Source: an uncultured Verrucomicrobiae bacterium
GTDB lineage: Bacteria > Verrucomicrobiota > Verrucomicrobiia > Limisphaerales > Palsa-1400
Assembly (NCBI GenBank): GCA_963707025.1
Contig: CAVPOM010000010.1
Span: 160,001-224,000, forward strand
Direction of reading: 5' to 3'
Length of the DNA stretch: 64,000 nucleotides
Below are positions 1 to 9,854 of the stretch, one piece after another; position 1 is the stretch's first letter; each line of letters opens with the position of its first letter. The notes under the pieces were generated by a model. The model saw nothing but the letters and a program-made list of their open reading frames with translations, searched no databases and had not been told where the DNA came from. A program made the translations under genes and the position numbers.

Positions 1-105
1 GAACAAATCGCCGAAATCTCCGCCGCGCCCCTGGGCACGGTCAAGTCGCGCCTGCATTACGCCAAAAGCGCGCTGCGCAATCTGCTGGAGGAAAATCGTG
101 AATGA
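1..105 (+). CDS. ECF RNA polymerase sigma factor, C-terminal region 4 (5'-truncated by window edge)
   Basis: Frame 1 reads EQIAEISAAPLGTVKSRLHYAKSALRNLL, a sigma-4 HTH motif. The TGA at 103-105 overlaps the next ATG (ATGA). Confidence 0.85.
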   Translation, partial: EQIAEISAAPLGTVKSRLHYAKSALRNLLEENRE

Positions 106-491
106 AAACGCCCCGGGAAATTTTGCTGCAACACCATCAAGCGGCCGCGCCGAAACTGGACGCCATCCGGGCCGGGGTGGTCGCCGGACTGGCCCGCCCG
201 CCGGCGCGGGAGACGGTTTCGTGGCGGGATTTGGCGTGGTCGTTGCGCTGGCATCTCACCGCCATGAGCGCGGCCTGGGTGGTGGCGGGGATTCTGAACA
301 TGGATTCTTCGCCCAGCGCGGTGGCGAAGATTCCGCGCGACAAAATTCCCGCGGCGCAACAGCTTTGGGCGTCGTTGCGGGAGAACCGCCGGCTGCTCCT
401 GGAATACAGCGACGCGCCGGTGGTGGAAGCGGCGGCGGCGCCGGCGCCGGGACGCCGGAGTGAAATAGCCACAGAACAAGCGGTGGTTTAA
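102..491 (+). CDS. Small single-TM membrane protein, putative anti-sigma-like partner of the ECF sigma
   Basis: Translationally coupled to the sigma gene, with one hydrophobic segment (WHLTAMSAAWVVAGIL). Function is inferred from position only. Confidence 0.65.
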   Translation: MKTPREILLQHHQAAAPKLDAIRAGVVAGLARPPARETVSWRDLAWSLRWHLTAMSAAWVVAGILNMDSSPSAVAKIPRDKIPAAQQLWASLRENRRLLLEYSDAPVVEAAAAPAPGRRSEIATEQAVV

Positions 492-500
492 GGGAAGAGC

Positions 501-630
501 TAGGGCGGTTTGAGAAATGGTGTAGCCCTAAATGAGGATGGTAGGGCACGCACTCCGTGCGCGCCGCGGCGGGCAACGGAGTGCCCGCCCTACCGCGTAA
601 TGCGGCTACAGTATTTGTGAAACCGCTCTA
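501..630. mobile_element. MITE-like element, copy 1 (TAGRGCGGTTT terminal inverted repeats enclosing a GTAG-type REP doublet)
   Basis: Ends TAGGGCGGTTTGAGAAAT ... ATTTGTGAAACCGCTCTA. Inner IRs are TGTAGCC/GGCTACA and GGTAGGGC/GCCCTACC. A near-identical copy lies at 11256-11390. Confidence 0.75.
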
Positions 631-631
631 T

Positions 632-660
632 TGGAGTGATGGAGTAATGGAGTGATGGAG
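632..660. repeat. 8-bp tandem repeat (TGGAGTRA)n
   Basis: TGGAGTGA TGGAGTAA TGGAGTGA TGGAG. The same unit recurs at about 37662-37700. Confidence 0.8.
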
Positions 661-702
661 AGCGGGGAAGTGAAATCGCGGTGAAACTAATGGAGGTATA
701 AC

Positions 703-2382
703 ATGAATGATCAACCTAAAACAGAGTCTTCGATTTGGGAGCGCAGCAACATTATTCGAACTTCCCGCTGGCTGTGGAGCTGGCGCGGAATTCGGCGCAT
801 ACTGATTGTGCTGGCCTGGGCCGTGACGATCATCGGTCTGTTTTACGGCGAGGAAAACTGGCGCGGGCGGCACGCCTGGAACCAGTATCGGCAGGCCGCC
901 GCCGCGCGCGGATTGTCGCTGGATTGGAGCACTTACATTCCAAAACCGGTGCCGGATGACCAGAATTTCGCCGCGATACCGTTCCTCAAAACATTTTTTC
1001 AAACCAACGACAACGGTGTCATACTGACGAATGACCTCTGGTACCGCGCTTGCGACCATATTTCCGAGACCAACATCGCGAAAGACAAGGGCCATCGTCA
1101 TATTACCGATCTGGTGGCGTGGCGACAGGCGGCCGTGGCGCTGCAAAGCGGCCCGTTGAAGCGCGGCCAGGACTTTGAGACGGATATAACCGACCTGGCG
1201 GCGCGAGCGGCGGTGGCGCTGGCATTTCTGGAAGGCATGAAACCCGACGCGGCGGTGTTTGCGGAACTGCGCGCCGCCAGCAGCCGGGAGTATTCGCGTT
1301 ATGCGGTGGTTTATGACCTGGACAATCCGTGGATGATTTTGCTGCCGCATCTGGCCAAGATCAAGCAGACCGTGATGCGCCTGGAACTGGAGGCTTGCGC
1401 GGAACTGGCGGCGGGGCAGAGCGACCAGGCGCTGGCCGATGTGAAACTGATGCTGGCCCTGGCCGACTCCATTAAATCGGAACCGTTTTTAATCTCATAT
1501 CTGGTGCGCGTGGCGTGCGTCCAGATTACTCTTCAACCGGTTTGGGAGGGACTGGCCGAGCATCGCTGGACCGACGCCCAATTGCAGGAACTCCAGGCGC
1601 GTTTCTTGTCTTATGATCTTCTGGCCGACATGGAACAGTCTCTCAATGTGGAACGGGCGGTCGGAACTCTCACCGCGGATTTTGTCTCGAAGAAGGGAAT
1701 TACCTATGTGGCCGACACTTGGTCTTCCGATAACAATCAGGACCCGTTCACCAAGGTGATTTTCTACCTGATCGGCAAGGCCATGCCCTCCGGATGGTAT
1801 GACCGCGAAAAACTGAATTACAACCAGCTCTTTGACGCGCAGTTCGACGGGGTCGTGGACCTGGCTGCCAAAACCGTTTCTCCCCGCAAGGCGGCATTGG
1901 ATGCGGACGCGGTGGGCCGCCAAATATATGGCAAATACTGGCCGTCCCCTGCTGTGAACGCCCACCGATTTTTCGAGTTGGACCGCCAAGTCGGTGGCGA
2001 AGCTTCGGGAGTCGGGCCAATCAAAACCATTCTGTCCCACCGCCTTATCGCCAAGATGCTGCTGCCGGCCCTTAGAAATGTTCACACTAAATCCGCCGCC
2101 GCCCAAACCGCCGCCGACCAGGCCGCGCTGGCCTGCGCCCTGGAACGCTACCGCCTGGCCCATGGACAATTCCCCGAATCACTCGCCGCGCTGACGCCGC
2201 GGTTTATGGCCCGCGCGCCCAATGACGTGATTACCGGCCAGCCTTTCAAGTATCGCCGCACGGATGACGGGCAATTTATACTTTACTCCGTCGGCTGGGA
2301 CGAAAAGGACGACGGCGGTGTGCCCGGCAGAACCTTGTTCGATCTGCAAGGCGACTGGGTCTGGTCGTATCCGGGAAGATGA
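703..2382 (+). CDS. Hypothetical membrane-anchored protein with a GspG/pseudopilin-like C-terminal region
   Basis: 559 aa, GGAGG RBS, N-terminal TM. The C-terminus reads ACALERYRLAHGQFPESL...F.LYSVG.DEKDDGG. Confidence 0.8.
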   Translation: MNDQPKTESSIWERSNIIRTSRWLWSWRGIRRILIVLAWAVTIIGLFYGEENWRGRHAWNQYRQAAAARGLSLDWSTYIPKPVPDDQNFAAIPFLKTFFQTNDNGVILTNDLWYRACDHISETNIAKDKGHRHITDLVAWRQAAVALQSGPLKRGQDFETDITDLAARAAVALAFLEGMKPDAAVFAELRAASSREYSRYAVVYDLDNPWMILLPHLAKIKQTVMRLELEACAELAAGQSDQALADVKLMLALADSIKSEPFLISYLVRVACVQITLQPVWEGLAEHRWTDAQLQELQARFLSYDLLADMEQSLNVERAVGTLTADFVSKKGITYVADTWSSDNNQDPFTKVIFYLIGKAMPSGWYDREKLNYNQLFDAQFDGVVDLAAKTVSPRKAALDADAVGRQIYGKYWPSPAVNAHRFFELDRQVGGEASGVGPIKTILSHRLIAKMLLPALRNVHTKSAAAQTAADQAALACALERYRLAHGQFPESLAALTPRFMARAPNDVITGQPFKYRRTDDGQFILYSVGWDEKDDGGVPGRTLFDLQGDWVWSYPGR

Positions 2383-2396
2383 TTCGGGGTGATGCG

Positions 2397-2508
2397 CGGG
2401 GTGCGCCTGTCCTCGGGCGCAGCATGGCTCGCAGGTTCGGCAGCGTTGGGCTCGGCCGGGTGCCGCGGGAGGCCGGTCGTTGCTGCGCCCGAGGACGGGC
2501 GCGCTCCG
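2397..2508. repeat. REP doublet (REPIN-like), CGGAG-type
   Basis: 28-nt inverted arms CGGGGTGCGCCTGTCCTCGGGCGCAGCA / TGCTGCGCCCGAGGACGGGCGCGCTCCG. Each arm has an internal hairpin. Abuts the RAYT stop. Confidence 0.85.
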
Positions 2509-2514
2509 TCATTT

Positions 2515-3204
2515 TTAGGGAACGCACAAACGTTCATGGGCATCGCGGAATCGGGCGCTGCTCCACGGCCATTCCATCGGCGACAACACCAGCTTTGCCT
2601 TGGCAGGATTGTTCTCGATGTATCGCCTCATTTTGGACTCCTGTTCGCCGTCACGCATAAAGGTGTCCCAATAGCCCTCCTGCCAAAAGTGCCTCTTGCG
2701 TCCGAGCAGCTTGTTCGCCTCCTTGGCCGTGAAGCCTTTCCACGCATCCATCAGTTGCGACATCGGCACGTCCTGCACGAGGAAGAGCAGATGCACATGG
2801 TTCGGCATTATCACCCAGGCGCGCAGATCATATTGCACTTGGTGCCGAAACCGCAGCGAGCCTTCGACCATCGCCGCGATGTCCGCGCGCCGCAGATGAC
2901 ACGCGCCCCGTCCTTGGTCGAGATACGCCTCCAGTTCGATCCTGCGCTTACGGTCATCTTCGATTCTCAACAGCGATTCCCATTCCGAACGCAACTGCGC
3001 TGGGAAGGCGTCCGCCAACCGGAATGTGACAAACTGGACGAGACCCGGCTCGTCGCGATGAGGCAGATAACCGTTCTCATGCCAGCCGAGAAAACCGCGC
3101 TCAATCTCGTCCTTCGCCAGCGGACGCGACCATACGCGTTTGACCTCCACGAGATCGCGCACGTCCGGATTGTGGGGTGGGCTGGGTAATCGTTTGGGCT
3201 TCAT
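2515..3204 (-). mobile_element. REP-associated tyrosine transposase (RAYT, Y1/HUH, IS200/IS605 TnpA superfamily)
   Basis: Motifs GYLPH, FVTFRLAD, AWVIMPNHVHLL (HUH), WKGFTA, FWQEGYWD, RRYIENNP, WPWSS. Flanked by REP doublets. Start placed at ATG 3204 because the longer ORF runs through the REP. Confidence 0.92.
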
Positions 3205-3244
3205 CCCGGCAAAGCAGAAGGCAAAGCGAGGATCCTGACAAGCC

Positions 3245-3356
3245 CGGAGTGTGACCGTCCCCGGTCGCAGCAACGTCCGTCCGTCCGAAGGCGTTGGAAA
3301 ACTCCTGGCCGGCTCGAGTGTTGCCGCTTGCTGCGCCCGGGGACGGGCGCACTCCG
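3245..3356. repeat. REP doublet (REPIN-like), CGGAG-type, upstream of RAYT
   Basis: CGGAGTGTGACCGTCCCCGGTCGCAGCAA ... TTGCTGCGCCCGGGGACGGGCGCACTCCG. Confidence 0.85.
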
Positions 3357-3399
3357 GCGGTGCCTCCCGCCGTGGCTGACGGGTCACGACGCGGGGGCG

Positions 3400-4776
3400 T
3401 CATCTCGCTTCGGAACCGGGGGATTCGATCCGGTAGAGACTGGTTTTGGTGCGGAGGAAGAAGGCCTTGCCGGCCACGGCGGGTGACGCCATGAAACCGT
3501 CGGCCAGGGTGTTGGTCGCCAAAACTTCGCAGGTCCGGCCGGGCTTGAGCACGGTGGTGACGCCCTCTTGATTGAAGAAATAAATCCGCCCATCGGCATA
3601 AACGGGCGAGGCCTGGTAATTGCCTGGGATGCGCTCGCTCCAGACGACTTGGCCGCTGGCCGTCTCGAAGCAGGAAATGATGCTCTCCGCCGCGGCCATG
3701 TAGAGCAGGTCGTCCACCACGATCGGGGAGGAGAATTTGCCGATGTGCGCCCTTTGCCTCCAGACGACATGGGTGCCGGTCACGTCGCCCTGGCCGTCGG
3801 TCTTGACGGCGACCAGTTCGGTGCGGCCCATGCCGCTGACGAAGAAGGCCAGGCCGCGGTCGAACACGGGCAGGGGCGCCGGGGAATAGTCGGTGTTGTG
3901 AATCTTCCAGATTTCCGCTCCGGTGCGCGGGTCATAAGCGGTGGCGGCACTGGCGTCGGCGCTGAGCAGCATGGTCTTGCCGGCGGTGGTGACGATGACC
4001 GGCGTGCTGTGCGCTTTGTGCATATCCCCTTCCTTGAGATTCTGGCCGGGGGCGGCGTGGTCGGTCCACCAGGAGGTGCGGTCGGTTTTCCAGACGGTGT
4101 GGCCGTCGCTCTTGTCCAGGGCCACCGTGTATTGGAAGTCGGCGCCGTCCATGGTGAGGATCAAGAGATTGTCGAAGAGCACCGGCGAGGAAGACGGGCC
4201 GCGGTAATGGGAGCAGGGCAGGTCCTGCCGTTGCCAGAGCACCTTGCGCGCGGCGGTGTCCAGACAGGCCGTGCCATAGCTGCCGAAGGAGACGTAAACC
4301 CGGCCCGGCTCAAGGACGGGCGAAGGGGTGGCGTAACTGTTCCTGGGGTTGCCGGCGGCGGCCGCGCCGAGCGACTCCGGCGCGTCGCAATGAAAAAGTT
4401 TTTCGTTGCAGAGGATTTTTCCCGTGGCCGCCTCCACGCAGAGAACGAAGAAGTCATGGCCATCCTCGGTGGCGGTGGTCAGCCAGACCTGGCCGCCCAG
4501 GACGGCCGGGGTGGACCAGCCGCAGTAGGGAATGGGGGTTTTCCAGCGGACGTTTTCGGTTTCGCTCCAATGTAACGGGAGGCCAAGCGGCTGGGTGTCA
4601 CCCGGGGCGGAGACATGCCCGTTGCTCCACGGTCCCCGGAACCCGGGCCAGTCCCCTCCGGCTGCCGGCGCGGCGGCGGCCAGGACGGCCAGGCTCAAGC
4701 CGGCCAGGAGCGCGCTCTTGTTGACAAAGTTGCCTGTTTTACGGCCAAGGCAACGCGGGTGTGTCTTTGGGCACAT
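3400..4776 (-). CDS. PQQ-binding-like beta-propeller repeat protein (BamB-like), secreted
   Basis: Signal peptide then DWPGFRGP, WSETENVRWK, GWSTP, SSP repeats and a C-terminal FMASPAVAG..FLRT...LYRI. Start uncertain. Confidence 0.88.
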   Translation of the reverse strand: MCPKTHPRCLGRKTGNFVNKSALLAGLSLAVLAAAAPAAGGDWPGFRGPWSNGHVSAPGDTQPLGLPLHWSETENVRWKTPIPYCGWSTPAVLGGQVWLTTATEDGHDFFVLCVEAATGKILCNEKLFHCDAPESLGAAAAGNPRNSYATPSPVLEPGRVYVSFGSYGTACLDTAARKVLWQRQDLPCSHYRGPSSSPVLFDNLLILTMDGADFQYTVALDKSDGHTVWKTDRTSWWTDHAAPGQNLKEGDMHKAHSTPVIVTTAGKTMLLSADASAATAYDPRTGAEIWKIHNTDYSPAPLPVFDRGLAFFVSGMGRTELVAVKTDGQGDVTGTHVVWRQRAHIGKFSSPIVVDDLLYMAAAESIISCFETASGQVVWSERIPGNYQASPVYADGRIYFFNQEGVTTVLKPGRTCEVLATNTLADGFMASPAVAGKAFFLRTKTSLYRIESPGSEAR

Positions 4777-4912
4777 GCCGCAAACCTGACACGGCTGGAG
4801 ACGCAAGTCAAAGAATCAGATTGTTTTTGCTTGCGGTGGCTCTGGAAAAGTTCCAGCGTTGCCGCCATCCATGAAAGCGGCGCTCCAACTGCAAAAACCG
4901 AACAAAGAATAT

Positions 4913-5590
4913 ATGCGCAAGACAAAACAGACGATGCCGCGGTGCGGCGGGCTTATCATTTCAGCGCTGGCGGGTTTGCTGCTGGCGGGCTGCCAATCCC
5001 CTACCCCACCCGCTCCGGCTCCGCAGCCGCCAGCCATGCCAGCCGCCGCCGCCCCTGTCGCCGCGCCCGCTCCTGTGGCCGCGCCCGCGCCCGTCGCCGC
5101 AGCCGCGCCCGCGCTGGCCGATTCAACCAAACCGCAGGCGATTGTTCGCATCAAAGCCGGCGCCACCGCGCCGATGAAGGATGCGGAAGGCAATAACTGG
5201 CTGGCCGACCAGGGCTTCGCGGACGGGGACACGATCGAGCGCGCCGGCGACCTGAAAATTCAAAACACGACAACCCCGGCGCTCTATTTGACGGAACATT
5301 ACGGCATGACTTCGTTTTCCTACCCGGTTCGCAACGGCAAATATGTAGTCAAACTCCATTTCGCCGAGACCTACGAGGACATTTCCGGGCCGGGCCAGCG
5401 GGTTTTTTCGTTCAACGTGCAGGGGCATGAGTTTAAAGACGTGGACATCTGGGTCAAAGCCGGCGGCGGATTGCGCGCCTGCGTGGAAAGCGTGCCGGTG
5501 GAAGTCACGACGGGCAAGGTGCAGATCACCTTCGCGCCCAATGTGCAAAACCCCGAGATCAACGGTATTGAGATCATTCCGCAACCTTGA
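4913..5590 (+). CDS. Malectin-domain lipoprotein
   Basis: Lipobox LLAGC, Pro/Ala linker, then a malectin signature (W.ADQGF, LY.TE.YG, YVVKLHFAETY, GQRVFSFNVQG, INGIEI). Confidence 0.9.
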   Translation: MRKTKQTMPRCGGLIISALAGLLLAGCQSPTPPAPAPQPPAMPAAAAPVAAPAPVAAPAPVAAAAPALADSTKPQAIVRIKAGATAPMKDAEGNNWLADQGFADGDTIERAGDLKIQNTTTPALYLTEHYGMTSFSYPVRNGKYVVKLHFAETYEDISGPGQRVFSFNVQGHEFKDVDIWVKAGGGLRACVESVPVEVTTGKVQITFAPNVQNPEINGIEIIPQP

Positions 5591-5620
5591 GGGGGGCGCG
5601 GCGAGTAATGCGCAAGTAAT

Positions 5621-5672
5621 GGGTGGGCCGGGAAAGGCAGGGGCCCGGAAGGCCGGGACTGCCCGCCCTACC
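5621..5672. repeat. Degenerate GTAG-type REP at a convergent gene junction
   Basis: GGTGGGCCGG ... GGACTGCCCGCCCTACC matches the right arm inside the 501-630 element. Confidence 0.55.
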
Positions 5673-5714
5673 AATCATCACTGAGGCATTATCCGGGGCG
5701 CAGTCGGAAGGGCG

Positions 5715-7850
5715 TCAGGAGGCGGCACAGGCCTCTGTGACCGGCGACGGGCAGGGGCGGGATTCAACTGGCGGCGGGCTGCCGTTACCATTAACCCTGG
5801 CCGGGGCGTCGAGACATTCGCGCACGAATTGTGAGAGTTTGCCAATGGAGTAGGGCTTGGGCAGGAAATTGCGCTGTTCCAAAAGGGAAGCGTCCTTGCC
5901 CGCCATGCCGGGACTGTAGCCGCTGGTGTAAATGACCTTGAGGCGGGGACACAGGCTGGAGAGACGTTCGGCCAGCTCGCTGCCCATGATGCCTCCCGGC
6001 ATGACCATGTCCGTCAGCAGCAGATCCACCGGACGGTCGGCGCGCGCCCACACATCCAGGGCATCCCGGCCGGAGGCAGCCTCCAGCACGTTGTAACCCT
6101 GGACCTTGAGCACGTTGACCACCATCTGGCGCAAGTCTTCTTCATCTTCGGCCACCAGCACGGTTTCCCGGCCGCTGCGCAGGGCGGTATCCACCACCGG
6201 CACCGTTTTCTCGGCTGGTTGCAGGCTGGCCGGAAAATAGACGCGGAAGGTGGTGCCGTGGTTGGGTTTGCTGTCCACCTCCAGCCAGGCCTTGTGCTGG
6301 CGGACAATGCCGAACACCGTGGACAAGCCCAGCCCGGTGCCCTTGCCGACCGGTTTGGTGGTGAAGAAAGGCTCAAAGATCCGGGTCAGAACCTGCGTGT
6401 CCATGCCGACGCCGCTGTCGCTGAAGGTCAGGCAAACATAGTCCCCGTCCCGGGGTTCGGGGTCCATGGGAGTGGGAGCGCGGTGAATGGTCTGGAGCGA
6501 GGTGGCGATGGAAACCTGGCCGCCATCGGGCATGGCATCCCGGGCGTTGACCGCCAGGTTCATGGCGATTTGTTCGACCATGCTGCAGTCGGCGTGGATG
6601 GCGGGAATGGGGTTCTGGGGATGAAAGTGGATTTGCACATGCTCCCCCACCAGCCGTTCCAGCATGATGATGGCGTTGTGCAGGATGTCGTTGAGGTCCA
6701 GATGCCGGAATTGCATCACCTGCTTGCGGCTGAACATGAGCAATTGGCGGATGAGCGTGGCGGCGCGGGCGGTCGCGCCGGTGATCTGGTCCAGCGATTC
6801 CTTCTGCGGACTGTCGGGCGCCAAGCCCTGCTGCATCAGGCCGGCGTGCCCTTGGACGACGGTGAGGATATTGTTGAAATCGTGGGCCACGCCGGCGGCC
6901 AACTGGCCGATGGCCTCCATCTTCTGGGCCTGGCGAAGTTGGCGCTCCAACAAAGTCCGCTCGGAGATGTCCTGGGCCAGGAGCAGCACATGAGGCTGGC
7001 CGCCCAGGGAGATGGGGGACAGGGACACCAGCATCTCGAGCAAAACGCCTTCCCGGTTGCGGAGGCTGGCCTTCTGATCCCGCACCAGCTTCTGCCGCAA
7101 CAAATCTTCATACCAGGGCACGACCAACGCGGGTCTTTCCCACAGGGACAACTCGGCCGGGGTGCGGCCGATCATCTCCTGGCGCTGGCAACCGGCGATT
7201 TCGGCCAGGCGCTGATTGACATCCACGAAGCGCTGATCGGGCAGGTGTTGGATGGCGCTGGGAAGCGGGCTTTCGTGAAAGGCCTTGGAGAATCGCTCCT
7301 CGGACCTGGCCAGCGATTCGTTGGCCTGGGCCAGTTCGGCGATCTGCAAGCGCGCCTGGAAGTTGAGCATCCACTTTTTGGTCAGGGCGTGGGCCATTTG
7401 CCGCACTTCGATGTTGTCGAACGGCTTCTTCAGGACGAGCAGGTTATCGGGCTGGCCGACTCTGGCCCGCATTTCTTCCCATGAATAATCAGCGTAGGCG
7501 GTGCAGACGACAACCTGGAGTTCGGGATCCGCCTTCCAGATGCGGGCAATGGTTTCAATGCCATCCCAGCCGGGCGGCATGCGCACGTCCACGAAGGCCA
7601 GGGCGTAAGGCCGGTTGTCCGCCAGCGCCTGCTGCACCATCTCCAAGGCGTCCTGGCCTTGGTAAGCGGAGTCCAACTGGAAACTCATCGGGTCGGACTG
7701 GTCCTCGTCGAACAGCACCGCTTCCAAGGCATTGGCGGCGGTCTCGCCGGAGTTGTCCGGGCAGAGGATCTCGCGGAAGTCGTTGTGGATGCTCGCGGTG
7801 TCGTCCACGATCAGGATGCGGCGGTTGGGTCTGAGTTCTGTGCTTCTCAC
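5715..7850 (-). CDS. Hybrid sensor histidine kinase/response regulator (REC-PAS-HisKA-HATPase-REC)
   Basis: ILIVDD..DVRMPPGWDG receiver, PAS, H-box GVAHDFNNIL, FEPFFTTK..GTGLGL, and a C-terminal receiver LLTDMVMP. GTG start overlaps the upstream stop. Confidence 0.95.
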   Translation of the reverse strand: MRSTELRPNRRILIVDDTASIHNDFREILCPDNSGETAANALEAVLFDEDQSDPMSFQLDSAYQGQDALEMVQQALADNRPYALAFVDVRMPPGWDGIETIARIWKADPELQVVVCTAYADYSWEEMRARVGQPDNLLVLKKPFDNIEVRQMAHALTKKWMLNFQARLQIAELAQANESLARSEERFSKAFHESPLPSAIQHLPDQRFVDVNQRLAEIAGCQRQEMIGRTPAELSLWERPALVVPWYEDLLRQKLVRDQKASLRNREGVLLEMLVSLSPISLGGQPHVLLLAQDISERTLLERQLRQAQKMEAIGQLAAGVAHDFNNILTVVQGHAGLMQQGLAPDSPQKESLDQITGATARAATLIRQLLMFSRKQVMQFRHLDLNDILHNAIIMLERLVGEHVQIHFHPQNPIPAIHADCSMVEQIAMNLAVNARDAMPDGGQVSIATSLQTIHRAPTPMDPEPRDGDYVCLTFSDSGVGMDTQVLTRIFEPFFTTKPVGKGTGLGLSTVFGIVRQHKAWLEVDSKPNHGTTFRVYFPASLQPAEKTVPVVDTALRSGRETVLVAEDEEDLRQMVVNVLKVQGYNVLEAASGRDALDVWARADRPVDLLLTDMVMPGGIMGSELAERLSSLCPRLKVIYTSGYSPGMAGKDASLLEQRNFLPKPYSIGKLSQFVRECLDAPARVNGNGSPPPVESRPCPSPVTEACAAS

Positions 7851-9838
7851 GCGTCCTTTTCGGTTCCTGGTTGTTCTGCTGGCGGAACGGATGCGGCGGC
7901 GGGCAATTCGAGGGTAAATTCGGCGCCGTGGCCGGGGCCGTCGCTGCGGGCGGTGAGGGTGCCGCCCATTTCTTTGGCGGCGTTGGCGCCGCTATGGAGG
8001 CCGAAGCCATGGCCGTCCTTCTTGGTGGTAAAGCCGTGGTTGAAAATCCGGGTCAGATGCTCCGGCTCAATCCCGACACCATTGTCGGCGATGGTGATTC
8101 TTACCCGGTCAGGCGAGGCCAGGCCGACCCGCACGACCAGGCGCTTGGGCTGTCCGCCCTGCGCATCCATGGCATACTTGGCGTTGCGGAGCAGGTTGAT
8201 GAGAATTTGCAACACCTTGTGCCGGTCCACGCGCGCCAGCGGGATGTTCTCGGCAAACTCGCGAACCGGCTCGATGCCATGCCGGTCAAAGGCGGCCGCA
8301 TTCATGCGCAAGGCATCTTCCACCAAGGCGACCAGGTCCAGGTTTTCATAGACGCCGGAGACTTTGGCGTAGCTCTGCTGCATCGCCACAATCTCCTTGA
8401 TGTGCTCGATATGCTGGCCAACGGAGTCCATTTTCGCGATCAACTTGGTCTGTTCGCCGGCCAACTGGTCCGCCACCGTGACCAGGTATTCGGGAATGAG
8501 TTTGCCCTTTGGGTCGTCGGTGAGGAATTCGGCCAGGCGTCCGTTTTGCTCGCGCAAGACGGCGGCGGCGCGGCGCAGATTGGCCACCTTGGAGTGGCGC
8601 AACCGGTCCACCACCACCGTGGCGGCCACACTGACGCTGTTGAGGACATTGCCGACATTGTGCAGCACGCCCGTGGCCACCTCGGCCATGCCGGCCAGCC
8701 GGGAGGTGCCGATCAACTGCCGGTTGAGCTTGTCGAGTTGCTCGGCATCCAGTTTCTGCCGGGTGACGTCCAGGAAGATGCCGCGCAGGGCCACCGGCCG
8801 GCCGTTCTCCACCAGCACCGTGCCGCTCTCCCGGATCCAAACCGTCCGTCCATCGGCCGCCATCATGCGGTACTCGCAAGTGTAGGGCTGAGCACGGGCC
8901 GCCAGTTCGTGGCCGGTCCGGACGGCCTTGGCCGCGTCCTGCGGGTGCAGTTTCTCCTCCCAAAAGTTTGGCTGGTCCAGCCACACCTGGGGCTGATAAC
9001 CCAGAATCTCCTTGCACTGGCGGCTGATGAAGGTGAAGCGGAAGGTGTCCGGCGCGCGTTCCCAGACGATGCCATCAATGGAGTTAATCAGCGCTTCCAT
9101 CTTCTGTTGCGACAGGCTCAGCGCGGCATCCTGGCTCTGAATGCGGCTGAGCATCTCGTTGAAGGACTCGGCCAGCCTGCCCAGTTCGTCGCCCCGGCTG
9201 CCCACGACGGCGCGGACCGAGTAGTCCTTTTTCTCGCCGACGATATGGGCGGTCTGCGCCAACTGGAGCACTGGATTGGTAATGGTGCGTCCCAACCGGC
9301 TCGAAAGGAACGCCGCCAAACCGCTGGACACAGCTATGACACCCATCACGACCAGGCTGTAGAAACCGAGCAGTTCCAGAAACGTTTGCCGATAGTCCGA
9401 CCGCAGGTAAAGCGTGCCCACCCGTTCCCCCTTCGACTTGACCGCCTCGGTGACAAGCAGGTGTCCGCCGACGAAACGGTATCCTCCCGCCGGCGGAAAT
9501 TGCGACCGCGCCTCTGCGTTCTCAGCCGGCCCGGGAGGGTAATGGGCGAACAGGGAGCCGTCAGGCAAAACCAGGCTGGCCGCCAGCACGGTGGGTTTGG
9601 CCTGGAGGGTATTGAGCACCTCGGTCGCGGCCTGGTCATATTTGAAGTCCATCGCCGCGGTACTGTTGTTGGCGATGACGGTCGCCAGGGTGGCGGTGTC
9701 CTGCTGGAAATTGGAGCGGAAGTTCAGGACCTGGAAGGTGAACAGCGCCGCGATGGCGACGCAGAGGACCGCGCCGCAAATGAGCAGCGTCATCACCAGC
9801 ATCTTCTGCTCAATGGGAAGATTTCGCAACAGTTTCAT
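7847..9838 (-). CDS. Membrane sensor histidine kinase (periplasmic CHASE8-like-HAMP-PAS-HisKA-HATPase)
   Basis: Two TMs, HAMP DELGRLAESFNEML, PAS/PAC, ATGVLHNVGNVL H-box, FTTKKDGHGFGL. Confidence 0.95.
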   Translation of the reverse strand: MKLLRNLPIEQKMLVMTLLICGAVLCVAIAALFTFQVLNFRSNFQQDTATLATVIANNSTAAMDFKYDQAATEVLNTLQAKPTVLAASLVLPDGSLFAHYPPGPAENAEARSQFPPAGGYRFVGGHLLVTEAVKSKGERVGTLYLRSDYRQTFLELLGFYSLVVMGVIAVSSGLAAFLSSRLGRTITNPVLQLAQTAHIVGEKKDYSVRAVVGSRGDELGRLAESFNEMLSRIQSQDAALSLSQQKMEALINSIDGIVWERAPDTFRFTFISRQCKEILGYQPQVWLDQPNFWEEKLHPQDAAKAVRTGHELAARAQPYTCEYRMMAADGRTVWIRESGTVLVENGRPVALRGIFLDVTRQKLDAEQLDKLNRQLIGTSRLAGMAEVATGVLHNVGNVLNSVSVAATVVVDRLRHSKVANLRRAAAVLREQNGRLAEFLTDDPKGKLIPEYLVTVADQLAGEQTKLIAKMDSVGQHIEHIKEIVAMQQSYAKVSGVYENLDLVALVEDALRMNAAAFDRHGIEPVREFAENIPLARVDRHKVLQILINLLRNAKYAMDAQGGQPKRLVVRVGLASPDRVRITIADNGVGIEPEHLTRIFNHGFTTKKDGHGFGLHSGANAAKEMGGTLTARSDGPGHGAEFTLELPAAASVPPAEQPGTEKDA

Positions 9839-9854
9839 CGTGTCTCCAGGCGGA

